This document shows positions 8,123 through 16,867 of a stretch of DNA of 64,000 bases, one piece after another; the stretch's first letter is position 1; every line of letters starts with the position of its first letter. Location: positions 90,470 to 154,469 of the forward strand of contig JACPMK010000003.1 of assembly GCA_016186115.1 (NCBI GenBank), given 5' to 3'. The notes beneath the pieces were generated by a model, which was given only the letters and a program-made list of their open reading frames with translations, made no database searches and was not told where the DNA came from. The DNA comes from Candidatus Wildermuthbacteria bacterium. GTDB lineage: Bacteria > Patescibacteriota > Minisyncoccia > Minisyncoccales > UBA10102. Made by a program: the position numbers and the translations under genes.

Positions 8123-8607
8123 GGTTTAAGAAAATCAAAATACGAAATGCCAAGCCCCGCGATATAAAGAAAATCATCGAGCTCGAAAAGATTCTCGCAA
8201 ACTATCATCATCGGCTCGACCCTCTTTATTATAGATCGGGAACACAGCTCTCGCTTGTAGAAATTGAGAGATATTTACGCAGACAGCTAAAGAAAAACAA
8301 TGTCGTGATGCTTGTCGCGAAAAAAGACAATGAAGTGATCGGTTATTTCGAGGGGCAAATCAATAAACGAGACCCCTTGTTGATTCCTCAAAGGACTGGG
8401 TATCTGTCGAGCGCGGTGATCAAACATCGCTATCGAAAGCTGGGTTTGGGCCGGATGATGTTTGAGAGAATGGAAGAATGGATGAAAAGACGCAAGATAG
8501 AATACCTCGAATTGACGGTTAATTCGAACAATAAGAAAGGCATACGGACGTGGAAAAATTTGAGATTTAGAGAATTTATGAAGGGAATGCGAAAACCAAT
8601 GCTATGA
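8119..8607 (+). CDS. GNAT family N-acetyltransferase
   Basis: 162 aa with the acetyl-CoA binding-type segment RYRKLGLGRMMFERMEEW. Confidence 0.7.
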   Translation: MRFKKIKIRNAKPRDIKKIIELEKILANYHHRLDPLYYRSGTQLSLVEIERYLRRQLKKNNVVMLVAKKDNEVIGYFEGQINKRDPLLIPQRTGYLSSAVIKHRYRKLGLGRMMFERMEEWMKRRKIEYLELTVNSNNKKGIRTWKNLRFREFMKGMRKPML

Positions 8608-9551
8608 GACAAAAAAATGTGGTGGTTATTGGCGGAGGAACAGGAACGTACACGGTATTGAGCGGATTAAAATATTTTCCCGTGCATCTTTCCGCGATTG
8701 TTTCCATGGCTGATGACGGGGGTTCAACCAAGCTTTTGCGCGAGGAGTTTGGAATATTGCCCCCGGGTTCGGTACGCCCTGCTATGATCGCGCTTTCTCA
8801 CACGGAAAAAGCATTAGCCGATTTGTTCAGTTTTCGTTTTTCCGAAGGCAGCTTGAAGGGGCATAATGTCGGTAATTTATTGATTACTGCCCTCACACGG
8901 CATTTAGGAAGTTTTGAAAAAGCGATTGAAGAGGCAGGGAAGATTCTTCACATCAAAGGAGAAGTAATTCCTTCCACGCTCCAGCCCTGCTGGCTTTTTG
9001 CACAACTTGAAAATGGCCGAATTGTAAAGGGCGAGACCAATATCGATATTCCCAAGCACAATGGCGAGCTGAAGATAGCCGATGTTTGGCTGGATCCTCC
9101 ATGCAAGGCCAACCCAAAAGCCCTCGAAGCAATTCACAGAGCAGACCTTATTGTGATAGGCCCCGGAGATCTTTTCTCAAGCATTCTTCCTAATTTTTTG
9201 GTGAAGGGAATTGCAGAGAAAATAAAAAAATCCAAAGCAAAAAAGACCTATGTATGTAATGTGATGACAAAGTTTGGGGAGACAACTGGATATAGCGCAT
9301 CTGACTTTATCACTATGATCGAGCGGTTTATCGGAAAAAATACCTTACGTTATGTGCTTTTAAACAAGGGGAGGCCTTCCCGGGAGCGAATCCAGAAATA
9401 TGAAAAAGAAAAATCTGAAATCGTTTCTCTTTCTCCCCAGCAATTAAAAGGAGCGCATTATGCCGTTATTGAGGGGAATTTTTTACGCTCTCGCGGATTG
9501 ATCCGTCATGATCCAATGAAATTAGCAAGTGCGCTTTTTTCTTTACTATAA
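8604..9551 (+). CDS. YvcK / CofD-family protein (UPF0052, gluconeogenesis factor-like)
   Basis: 315 aa with an N-terminal VVVIGGGTGTYTVLSGLK, MADDGGSTKLLREEFG and LIVIGPGDLFSSILPN. Confidence 0.8.
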   Translation: MRQKNVVVIGGGTGTYTVLSGLKYFPVHLSAIVSMADDGGSTKLLREEFGILPPGSVRPAMIALSHTEKALADLFSFRFSEGSLKGHNVGNLLITALTRHLGSFEKAIEEAGKILHIKGEVIPSTLQPCWLFAQLENGRIVKGETNIDIPKHNGELKIADVWLDPPCKANPKALEAIHRADLIVIGPGDLFSSILPNFLVKGIAEKIKKSKAKKTYVCNVMTKFGETTGYSASDFITMIERFIGKNTLRYVLLNKGRPSRERIQKYEKEKSEIVSLSPQQLKGAHYAVIEGNFLRSRGLIRHDPMKLASALFSLL

Positions 9552-9555
9552 TTCT

Positions 9556-10818
9556 ATGCAGGCAGTTATTATTGCGGCAGGAGAATCTTCTCGGTTTTGG
9601 CCATTAAATCATATCCATAAAACCCAGACCTATCTTTTGGGCAAGCCCATTATCTATTGGACATTGAAGGGTTTTGCAGAACACGGCATTCAAGATATTG
9701 TAATTGTGTGTCGCCCAAACTCTTCGATGCAAGAACTTCTGGAAAAAGAAAATGATCTTGGGGTGAGGATTTCTTTCGTTGTGCAGCAGGAACCTTTGGG
9801 AACGGGCAATGCCTTGTGGCAGGCGAAAGAATTAATCACAAAACCTTTTTATGTCTGCTGGCCAAATAAAGTGAATGCCGGAGAAATTATACATTTGATG
9901 GAGGAAAAACGAAAGGCAGGGGCGCAAGGAGTTCTGGTTGGAGGTTACACTGCAACCCCCTGGGATTACGGGATATTTCGTTGCGAAAATGATCGCATGG
10001 TTGAAATCGTAGAAAATCCTTTGCCTGGCAAGGAGCCATCAAATATCAAAATGCTTGGGCTGATGTATTTTGAGCGGGACTTTTTCAATTATTATGAGAA
10101 GCTGCCGGAGCATCACGAGGCCGACTTTATTGACGCAATCAATGCATACAGCAGAGAAAAACGGATATCCTTTGTGGCGCTTTCTGATGAGGCGCCCGCA
10201 CTAAAATATCCGTGGGAATTATTTGTGCTTTCTGATATTTTATTTAGGTCTTCGCTATTTTTTCCTGCTATTGCTCCAAGCGCGACCATTGGCAAGAACG
10301 TAATTATTGATGGCATGGTTCGTATTGGGGAGCATACGATTATCCACGACAGTACCATTATTACGGGCCCTTGTTTTATCGGCCCCGATTGCGAAATTGG
10401 ATACAGCAATGTGTTGCGGGGGCCGGTGGATTTGGAGCGGGGAGTAAAAACCGGAGCATACATGGAAATAAAACATAGCATTGTACAGGAAGGAACCCAT
10501 TTTCACTCCGGATTTCTTGGGGATTGTCTTGTTGGGAAAAACTGCCGATTCGGCGCTGGGTTTATTGCTGCGAATCGTCGTATGGATCGAGGTTCCATTG
10601 CTGTTTCGATAAAAGGGAAAAAGGTTGATACCGGACTGGATTTTTTTGGCGCCGCAATTGGCGAGGCAAGCCGTTTTGGCATTCACTCGGGAACAATGCC
10701 CGGAGTGCTGATAGGATCTCATTGTGTCATAGGGCCGGGCACCCATGTATTTGACAATATTCCAGACAATACTTCTGTGGTAACGAAATTTGCGAATGAG
10801 GAAAAGGAAATACCCTGA
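9556..10818 (+). CDS. Sugar-phosphate nucleotidyltransferase with C-terminal left-handed beta-helix (GlmU-like)
   Basis: The ORF runs 9529-10818 and the likely start is the ATG at 9556 (MQAVIIAAGESSRFWPL). The C-terminal half is rich in hexapeptide repeats. Confidence 0.75.
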   Translation: MQAVIIAAGESSRFWPLNHIHKTQTYLLGKPIIYWTLKGFAEHGIQDIVIVCRPNSSMQELLEKENDLGVRISFVVQQEPLGTGNALWQAKELITKPFYVCWPNKVNAGEIIHLMEEKRKAGAQGVLVGGYTATPWDYGIFRCENDRMVEIVENPLPGKEPSNIKMLGLMYFERDFFNYYEKLPEHHEADFIDAINAYSREKRISFVALSDEAPALKYPWELFVLSDILFRSSLFFPAIAPSATIGKNVIIDGMVRIGEHTIIHDSTIITGPCFIGPDCEIGYSNVLRGPVDLERGVKTGAYMEIKHSIVQEGTHFHSGFLGDCLVGKNCRFGAGFIAANRRMDRGSIAVSIKGKKVDTGLDFFGAAIGEASRFGIHSGTMPGVLIGSHCVIGPGTHVFDNIPDNTSVVTKFANEEKEIP

Positions 10819-10825
10819 AGACCAT

Positions 10826-11425
10826 ATGGAAATCTGGCGTGTTCCCAAAAAGACAGGGAAAGCATTTGTTGCAAAAATTGTTCATGGGCTCGAGAAAGGC
10901 AAAGTGTTTGTGCTTCCTACTGATACGGTATATGGTTTGGTTGCCGACGCAGCAAATAGCGAGGCAGTGGAGAAAGTATTCCAGATCAAGGGGCGGGAGC
11001 CGGGCAAACCTCTCCCTATTTTTGTGGAGGATATTGCAATGGCAAAGGAATTAGCCGATATTAAAGAAAAGGAAGAGCGATTTTTGCAGAAAGTTTGGCC
11101 GGGTAAAGTAACCGTTGTTTTGCCAAGTAACAATATACTACCTCAAGCAACTGGAACCGCGCGAACCATTGGTTTGCGCATTCCTTCCTATGATTTGATT
11201 CTTTCTATTTTACGAATATTTCCAAGACCTCTCACCGGCACCTCGGCAAATCTTGCGGGCACCCCGTCGTTGCGCGACAGCAAAGATGTTGTTGCGCAAT
11301 TTAAAAAGCGGGAACATCGGCCGGATATCGTTATCGATGCCGGAAAACTTCCTCTTTCTTTGCCCTCCACCGTGATTGATTGGACGGGAGGGAAGCAGAA
11401 AGTATTAAGACAAGGCGCTCTATGA
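10826..11425 (+). CDS. tsaC: L-threonylcarbamoyladenylate synthase (YrdC/Sua5 family)
   Basis: The ORF runs 10790-11425 and the likely start is the ATG at 10826. Motifs are VFVLPTDTVYGLVADA and TGTSANLAG. Confidence 0.8.
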   Translation: MEIWRVPKKTGKAFVAKIVHGLEKGKVFVLPTDTVYGLVADAANSEAVEKVFQIKGREPGKPLPIFVEDIAMAKELADIKEKEERFLQKVWPGKVTVVLPSNNILPQATGTARTIGLRIPSYDLILSILRIFPRPLTGTSANLAGTPSLRDSKDVVAQFKKREHRPDIVIDAGKLPLSLPSTVIDWTGGKQKVLRQGAL

Positions 11426-11442
11426 TCCGATAATTTTACAAC

Positions 11443-12684
11443 ATGAACATTTCAAATATTCGCAAAACAGATGCAAAAGTGGCAAATCTTGTACTCAAGG
11501 AAGAGAAGCGCCAGCGGGAGGGGATGGAACTTATTGCTTCTGAAAACTATGTATCCAAAGCCGTTCTTGAGGCCTTGGGTTCTGTATTTACCAACAAATA
11601 TTCAGAAGGGTATCCGGGGAAAAGATATTATGGGGGGCAACGCTTTACTGATGCTGTTGAAACATTGGCCATACAGAGAGCTCAAAGACTTTTTGGAGCG
11701 GAACATGTAAACGTGCAGCCACTTTCTGGTGCTCCTGCAAATATGATTGTGTATAGCGCACTTTTGAAACCAGGGGATAAGGTATTAGGAATGGATCTTT
11801 CGCACGGCGGGCACTTAACACACGGGCATCCCGTTACATTATCTGCCAAAATCTATACATTTATCCGCTACAAAACAAAAGCTGACGGCCTCATTGACTA
11901 CCAAGAGCTTGAGGAAACAGCTCAGAAAGAGAAGCCAAAACTAATGCTTGCAGGGTTTTCTGCTTACACGAGGCAAATTGATTGCAAGAGGTTTTGTGAT
12001 ATTGCCAAAAGAGTAGGGGCCATATCAATGTTCGATATGGCACATATTGCAGGGCTTATCGCGGGAAAGGCGCTCCCCAATCCCGTTCCTTACTTTGATG
12101 TATTAACTACAACGACGCACAAAACGTTGCGCGGTCCGAGGGGAGGAATGATTCTCTGCAAGAAAGAATTTGCTCAGCAGATAGATAAAGCATGTTTTCC
12201 AGGGTTCCAAGGAGGCCCGCATATGAACAACATTGCGGCAAAGGCAGTTGCGTTTCAGGAGGCGTTGCGGCCGTCTTTCCGCGCCTATGCCAAACAAATT
12301 CTAAAAAATGCCAAAGTTTTAGAACTGGAGTTGAAAAAACACGGGTTCAAAATCATGTTTGGCAGAACGGATAACCATATGGTGTTGGTGGATGTATTTG
12401 GATCAAAAGGAGTTACGGGGAAAGAAGCAGAAACAATTCTGGATGAGATCGGAATTACTATAAACAAAAACATGATTCCTGATGATCCCAGGGGTCCAAT
12501 GGATCCTAGCGGTGTTCGTATTGGAGTTCCAGCGATAACTACGAGAGGGATGAAAGAAAAAGAGATAAAACAAATTGCAGAGTGGATCAATGCGGCAATT
12601 GAGAATCGTGCAAACAAAAAGATAATAGCGAGATTGCATGGGGAAGTTATAATGCTATGTAAGAAGTTTCCTCTTCCTTGTTAA
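11443..12684 (+). CDS. glyA: Serine hydroxymethyltransferase
   Basis: 413 aa with LIASENY, SHGGHLTHG, and the PLP lysine in TTTTHKTLRGPRGG. Confidence 0.97.
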   Translation: MNISNIRKTDAKVANLVLKEEKRQREGMELIASENYVSKAVLEALGSVFTNKYSEGYPGKRYYGGQRFTDAVETLAIQRAQRLFGAEHVNVQPLSGAPANMIVYSALLKPGDKVLGMDLSHGGHLTHGHPVTLSAKIYTFIRYKTKADGLIDYQELEETAQKEKPKLMLAGFSAYTRQIDCKRFCDIAKRVGAISMFDMAHIAGLIAGKALPNPVPYFDVLTTTTHKTLRGPRGGMILCKKEFAQQIDKACFPGFQGGPHMNNIAAKAVAFQEALRPSFRAYAKQILKNAKVLELELKKHGFKIMFGRTDNHMVLVDVFGSKGVTGKEAETILDEIGITINKNMIPDDPRGPMDPSGVRIGVPAITTRGMKEKEIKQIAEWINAAIENRANKKIIARLHGEVIMLCKKFPLPC

Positions 12685-12690
12685 TATCCC

Positions 12691-13515
12691 ATGGCAGAAC
12701 TACTTTCAGGAGAGCGAATCGCAAAAGAAATATTGGAGCAGTTGAAAGCAGAAATTACCCCAAATACATTGGGGATTTCTGTTGTCCAAGTGGGGAAAAA
12801 CACCGTATCTGAAAGCTATATCCAAAAAAAGAAAAAAGCGGCGGAAGATTTGGGAATTCGCTTTTTCCTGTATCGTTTTCCGGAAATCATTAAGAAAGAA
12901 GAATTGCGGGATGGTCTCGAAAAGATTCTCGAAAGTTCAAGGACTGGCGGCATGATTATTCAGCTTCCTCTCCCTTCGCATCTTCCGATGCAGGAGATTC
13001 TGGATTTGATTCCTATCTCTCGGGATATCGATATTTTATCGTCCGAAGCATTTGGAAAATTTGCATTAGGTAGTTTACCTATCCTTCCGCCTACCGTAGG
13101 GGCGATTTCCTCCTTGTTTAAGGCGTATAAAATTTCTGTCGCAGGAAAAAGGGTTGCTATTGTGGGAACCGGCCGATTAGTAGGATTGCCTGTTGCCCTA
13201 TGGCTTATGCGCGCAAAAGCCACTGTGTCGGCTTTAAACAGCTTTACCCCCCGCATCAGCCAGTTTACAAAACAAGCAGATATTATTATTTCAGGAACGG
13301 GCAAGCGGGGAATCATCAAAGGGAATATGATTAAACAAGGGGCTATCCTCGTTGATGCCGGTACGAGCGTGGAAGGGGGAGCAGCAAAGGGCGATGTGGA
13401 TTTCAAGAGCGTTTCTCGGAAGGCAGCAGCAATCACTCCTGTTCCCGGAGGCATCGGGCCTCTCACGGTCGCCTGTCTTTTAAAAAATCTCGTTGTGCTG
13501 TCGCAAACCAAATAG
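12691..13515 (+). CDS. folD: Bifunctional methylenetetrahydrofolate dehydrogenase/cyclohydrolase
   Basis: 274 aa with YIQKKKKAAEDLGI, GMIIQLPLP, VAIVGTGRLVGLPVA and ITPVPGGIGPLTVA. Confidence 0.93.
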   Translation: MAELLSGERIAKEILEQLKAEITPNTLGISVVQVGKNTVSESYIQKKKKAAEDLGIRFFLYRFPEIIKKEELRDGLEKILESSRTGGMIIQLPLPSHLPMQEILDLIPISRDIDILSSEAFGKFALGSLPILPPTVGAISSLFKAYKISVAGKRVAIVGTGRLVGLPVALWLMRAKATVSALNSFTPRISQFTKQADIIISGTGKRGIIKGNMIKQGAILVDAGTSVEGGAAKGDVDFKSVSRKAAAITPVPGGIGPLTVACLLKNLVVLSQTK

Positions 13516-13516
13516 T

Positions 13517-14065
13517 ATGTTGATCGACCCCTTTTTTGTTGCGATCACAAAAAATTTTCTTTTGCATTTGAATTGGGTGAAACTGCCTCTTGCATTTGCC
13601 GCAGATTACAGCGGATACCTCATCATTTTTATTGTTTGTATTCTGCTGGTGAGAAATTTTCAAAAGTATAAGATCATGCTTTGGCAGATGATTGCTGCCG
13701 TAGTTCTCTCGCGTGGGATTATCACCGAGATCATTCGATTTATTTGGCATCGCGATCGCCCTTTTGTCGTAGAACATTTTTTGCCTATTATTAATCATCC
13801 TGAACTTTCTGGTTCATTTCCTTCGGGGCATGCTGCATTTTATTTTGCAATTGCCACCGTTGTATACTTTTACAATAAAAAAATAGGAGTAGTGCTTTTA
13901 CTCCTTAGTTTTGTAATGGGTTTGGGAAGAGTTTTTGCCGGAGTCCACTGGTTTTCTGATATTCTCGCGGGAGCCGCAATCGGAATCCTCTGCGCTTGGT
14001 TTATAAAGAAGATGTGCCGGGGGAGGGAGTTGAACCCTCACCTCCTTGCGAAGACGGGATTTTGA
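13517..14065 (+). CDS. PAP2-family membrane phosphatase (undecaprenyl-diphosphatase-like)
   Basis: The ORF runs 13493-14065 and the likely start is the ATG at 13517, right after the folD stop. Motifs are SFPSGHAAF and GVHWFSDILAG. The last ~17 codons overlap the antisense tRNA-Leu, so the true 3' end is uncertain. Confidence 0.75.
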   Translation: MLIDPFFVAITKNFLLHLNWVKLPLAFAADYSGYLIIFIVCILLVRNFQKYKIMLWQMIAAVVLSRGIITEIIRFIWHRDRPFVVEHFLPIINHPELSGSFPSGHAAFYFAIATVVYFYNKKIGVVLLLLSFVMGLGRVFAGVHWFSDILAGAAIGILCAWFIKKMCRGRELNPHLLAKTGF

Positions 14066-14098
14066 GTCCCGCGTGTCTGCCAGTTCCACCACCCCGGC
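14015..14098 (-). tRNA. tRNA-Leu (anticodon CAA), class II with long variable arm
   Basis: I folded it by hand. The parts are acceptor GCCGGGG/CCCCGGC, D-stem GTG/CAC, anticodon stem CGGGA/TCCCG with loop CTCAAAA, a variable arm with a GCAA loop, T-arm GAGGG-TTCAACT-CCCTC, and discriminator A. No CCA is encoded. Confidence 0.95.
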
Positions 14099-14100
14099 AT

Positions 14101-14145
14101 ATTTGCATTAAGTTGCTTAGCCCGGCTAAGCAATACGAAGCAAAT
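14101..14145 (-). other. Stem-loop between topA stop and tRNA-Leu
   Basis: Inner perfect 9-bp stem TTGCTTAGC/GCTAAGCAA with a 3-nt loop, plus an outer stem ATTTGC/GCAAAT. No U-run follows, so this may be a terminator or a processing element. Confidence 0.4.
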
Positions 14146-14149
14146 GCTA

Positions 14150-16252
14150 TTATACGGCAGGTTCGGGCTTTTGTAAACTTTCTGCTTTTGAGTTTTTGCA
14201 TGCGGGATTGGAGCATTTGATCTGCTTTCGCTTTGTTTCCACAAGCAAAGAGCCGCATTCGGTGCAGGTTTTGTTTATGGGTTTGTCCCACAAAGCAAAA
14301 TCACATTCTGGATAGCGATTGCATCCATAGAAAATTTTTCCCCGCTTGGTGCGTTTGGTAACAATTTCTCCCTTTTGACATTTTGGGCACGAGATGCCAA
14401 GCGAAGTATTTCCGCTGTTTGCAAGCGATTCTGTATATTTGCATCCGGGAAACTTTGTGCAGGCATAGAATTTGCCAAATCTTCCAAGGCGTATCACAAC
14501 CGGCGCGCCGCATTGCGGGCAGAGTTTGTCGGTTACTTCTTGCGCAATTTCTTTTTTCGAAATTTCTTTGTATTTTTGTTCAAGATTCTTGGAGAATGGC
14601 TCATAAAAATTTCGGATCACAGGCACCCATTCCTTTTCGCCCTCGGCAATTTCATCCAGCTCTCCTTCCATTTTTGCGGTAAAATTAATATCAACAATGT
14701 TTTTAAAATGTTGCACGAGAAGATCACTGACGACCTCTCCCATGTCGGTTGGACGAAAACGCTTTTGTTCGTCCTTTTCCACATAGTTGCGTTCCTGAAT
14801 GGTGGAAAGAGTCGGGGCGTAGGTTGAGGGGCGGCCAATGCCATATTTCTCTAACGCTTTTACCAGCGTAGCTTCGGTATAGCGCGGAGGGGGTTCGGTA
14901 AAGTGTTGTGTTGGGATAATTTTTTGCAGTTCAAGCGCCTCGTCTTTCTCCAATGGCGGAAGTTCGGTTTCGGTAAATCTCATGGGATAGACCTTGAGAA
15001 ATCCATCGAAGCGCAAGGTTTGTCCCGAGGATCTGAAGGTATAATTTTTTGCTGCAATATCAACATTGGTTGAATCAAAAATCGCTGGAGACATTTGGCT
15101 TGCGATAAATCGTTGCCAGATGAGATTATAGAGTTTGTATTGCTGCGGATTTATATTATTCTTGAGCGTTTCCGGAGTTTTGTCGGGGTATGCCGGGCGG
15201 ATTGCTTCGTGGGCTTCCTGCGCGCCGCGGGATTTGGTTTTGAACTGCCGCGAAAAGCCGGGCCAATAATTTTGTCCCAACGTATTGATAATGAATTGTT
15301 TTGCGAGAGAAAGGGAGAGTTTGGAAAGGTTGAAAGAATCGGTGCGGTGATAGGTGATAAGTCCGGTTTCATAAAGCTGTTGCGCCGTGGCCATGGTTTG
15401 TTTTGCGGAAAATCGCAAACGCTGCCATGCTTCTTGTTGCAAAGTTGAAGTGGTAAAAGGTGCAAGAGGATTGCGTTTGGTTTCTTTTTTCTCGATATTT
15501 GCTATTTGATACGTTGCTCCCTCGAGTTCCTTGAGGATTTGTTTTGCTTCATTCTCATTTTTTATTCCTAATTTTGGGATTGGTTTTTCATCTTTTGCAA
15601 CAAGCGTTGCGGTAAATTCGTATTGGTCATTTGAAAATTTTCGAAGCATAGCTTCGATGCTCCAATACTCTTCTGGCTCGAATCCGCGGATTTCTCTTTC
15701 CCGTTCCACCACGAGTCGCACCGCAACCGACTGCACTCTTCCGGCAGACAATCCGCGCGCAACTTTTCTCCAGAGAAATGGGGAGAGTTTGTACCCAACC
15801 AAACGGTCGAGTATTCTGCGCGCTTGCTGGGCATCAACAAGGCGGATATCAATGTCTCGCGGATTTTTCAATGCTTCTTCGATTGCCTGCTTTGTAATTT
15901 CATGGAAGACAATTCTTTGAATCGGTTTCGAGTTTCGTGCTTCGGATTTCGAATTTTCCAAGTCAAGGACTTGGGCAAGGTGCCATGAAATTGCTTCCCC
16001 TTCACGGTCTTCATCGGTTGCAAGGATGATTTCATTCGCATTTTTCACCTCATTTTTTAATGCGCTCACCGTTTTTCTTGCTTTGGTGGGAATAATATAT
16101 GCAGGAGCGAAATTGTGCTCAACATCAATGCCGAGCTTTGATTTGGGCAAATCGCGCACATGCCCAAAAGAGGACTCTATTTTGTAGTCCTTGCCAAGAA
16201 ATTGCTGAATTGTTTTTGCTTTGGTGGGGCTTTCAACAATAACGAGTTTCAT
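14150..16252 (-). CDS. topA: DNA topoisomerase I
   Basis: The ORF extends to 16273 and the likely start is MKLVIVESPTKAKTI at 16252. It has the Toprim motif TDEDREGEAISWH, the catalytic context ITYHRTDS, and three C-terminal Cys4 zinc ribbons. Confidence 0.96.
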   Translation of the reverse strand: MKLVIVESPTKAKTIQQFLGKDYKIESSFGHVRDLPKSKLGIDVEHNFAPAYIIPTKARKTVSALKNEVKNANEIILATDEDREGEAISWHLAQVLDLENSKSEARNSKPIQRIVFHEITKQAIEEALKNPRDIDIRLVDAQQARRILDRLVGYKLSPFLWRKVARGLSAGRVQSVAVRLVVEREREIRGFEPEEYWSIEAMLRKFSNDQYEFTATLVAKDEKPIPKLGIKNENEAKQILKELEGATYQIANIEKKETKRNPLAPFTTSTLQQEAWQRLRFSAKQTMATAQQLYETGLITYHRTDSFNLSKLSLSLAKQFIINTLGQNYWPGFSRQFKTKSRGAQEAHEAIRPAYPDKTPETLKNNINPQQYKLYNLIWQRFIASQMSPAIFDSTNVDIAAKNYTFRSSGQTLRFDGFLKVYPMRFTETELPPLEKDEALELQKIIPTQHFTEPPPRYTEATLVKALEKYGIGRPSTYAPTLSTIQERNYVEKDEQKRFRPTDMGEVVSDLLVQHFKNIVDINFTAKMEGELDEIAEGEKEWVPVIRNFYEPFSKNLEQKYKEISKKEIAQEVTDKLCPQCGAPVVIRLGRFGKFYACTKFPGCKYTESLANSGNTSLGISCPKCQKGEIVTKRTKRGKIFYGCNRYPECDFALWDKPINKTCTECGSLLVETKRKQIKCSNPACKNSKAESLQKPEPAV
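15923..15957 (-). repeat. 7-nt phased micro-array inside topA (plus strand CGGTTTC|GAGTTTC|GTGCTTC|GGATTTC|GAATTTT)
   Basis: Read directly from the sequence. The sense strand reads AAAATTC|GAAATCC|GAAGCAC|GAAACTC|GAAACCG and the array lies in the ENSKSEARNSKPI segment. Confidence 0.7.
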
Positions 16253-16347
16253 ATACGCTTTGTTCAATCTCATTCAATAACCCTCACAATATAGAATTTC
16301 TTTCGATGGATGTAAAGTATTTGTGGCAGAGTAAAGGGTATTTCCCT

Positions 16348-16360
16348 TATGGTATCACAG
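16348..16360 (-). promoter_or_regulatory. 13-nt box CTGTGATACCATA (minus-strand reading), identical to the box at 48200-48212
   Basis: This is an exact 13/13 match to the second locus. It contains an extended -10-like TGaTACCAT and lies ~90 nt upstream of the topA start. Confidence 0.4.
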
Positions 16361-16412
16361 CGCGTGGTGAATAAAAAATTTGACTCATCTTTAAGATTGT
16401 AATACATTGGAA

Positions 16413-16791
16413 GTAAGATCTTCATGGAGGTGGGACTTGGAGATTTCGGTTGCTGAAAAACAAAAACTGGAGATTCATGGTGCGGAAGGGAAAATTTCCA
16501 TATGCGGCACCAGAAGAGCAGCAGAGGCACGCGCCGGTTTTTACTGGGAAGTGGATTGGACTATTTTTGGTTCTCCCGGTATACTCAACTTTGGATTTGA
16601 TACCCCGCCCTGTAGCGAGAAGCAGACCCTTCGGGAAGCGTTAGAGCTCCAGCATAGCTGGTTGCGTTGGTTGCAAGGCGCTACGGTCCGCGATGCAACG
16701 ATTGATGCGCTATACAATTGGTTTGCGGGGCGATTCAGATCAGATGGGGTAGGGACGTCGCAGCCCATCTTTCCTCAAGTAGATCTTTTAC
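16413..16791 (+). ncRNA. Candidate structured RNA of unknown class (core closed by a long-range helix)
   Basis: The region has no credible CDS and is more GC-rich than its flanks by eye. GTAAGATCT...GAGG (16413-16430) can pair with CCTC...AGATCTTTTAC (16773-16791). Many local hairpins are present: CCAGC-ATA-GCTGG, AGATGGG...CCCATCT and CC-UUCG-GG. A promoter-like TTGACT lies at 16380-16385 and a strong plus-strand terminator at 16832-16867. The strand assignment is tentative. Confidence 0.4.
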
Positions 16792-16831
16792 ATATTGCAT
16801 AGGCGAGGGCGCGTTCCTCGTCTCGATCTTT

Positions 16832-16867
16832 GCCGTCAGACCTTCTGGTCTGACGGCTTTAATTTTT
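16832..16867 (+). terminator. Rho-independent terminator (plus orientation) overlapping the mfd stop codon
   Basis: A perfect 11-bp stem, GCCGTCAGACC-TTCT-GGTCTGACGGC, is followed by TTTAATTTTT. Confidence 0.7.

Noticed and set aside
16400-16800. RNase P RNA (minus strand GAGGAAAG at ~16770), tmRNA or SRP RNA
   Set aside because: GAGGAAAGAUGGG folds into a local hairpin instead of a long-range P4, and the ACAGAA and GGCUUA blocks are absent. There is no tRNA-like 3' end or tag ORF for tmRNA. Helix-8-like GGAAGC similarity is only partial, with the wrong loop geometry. It is kept as an RNA of unknown class.
16407-16802. 131-aa plus-strand ORF (MEVRSSWRWDLEIS...)
   Set aside because: It starts with TTG, has no SD or family resemblance, and is unusually Trp/Arg-rich, as expected from an out-of-context GC-rich frame. 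The region is better explained by RNA structure.
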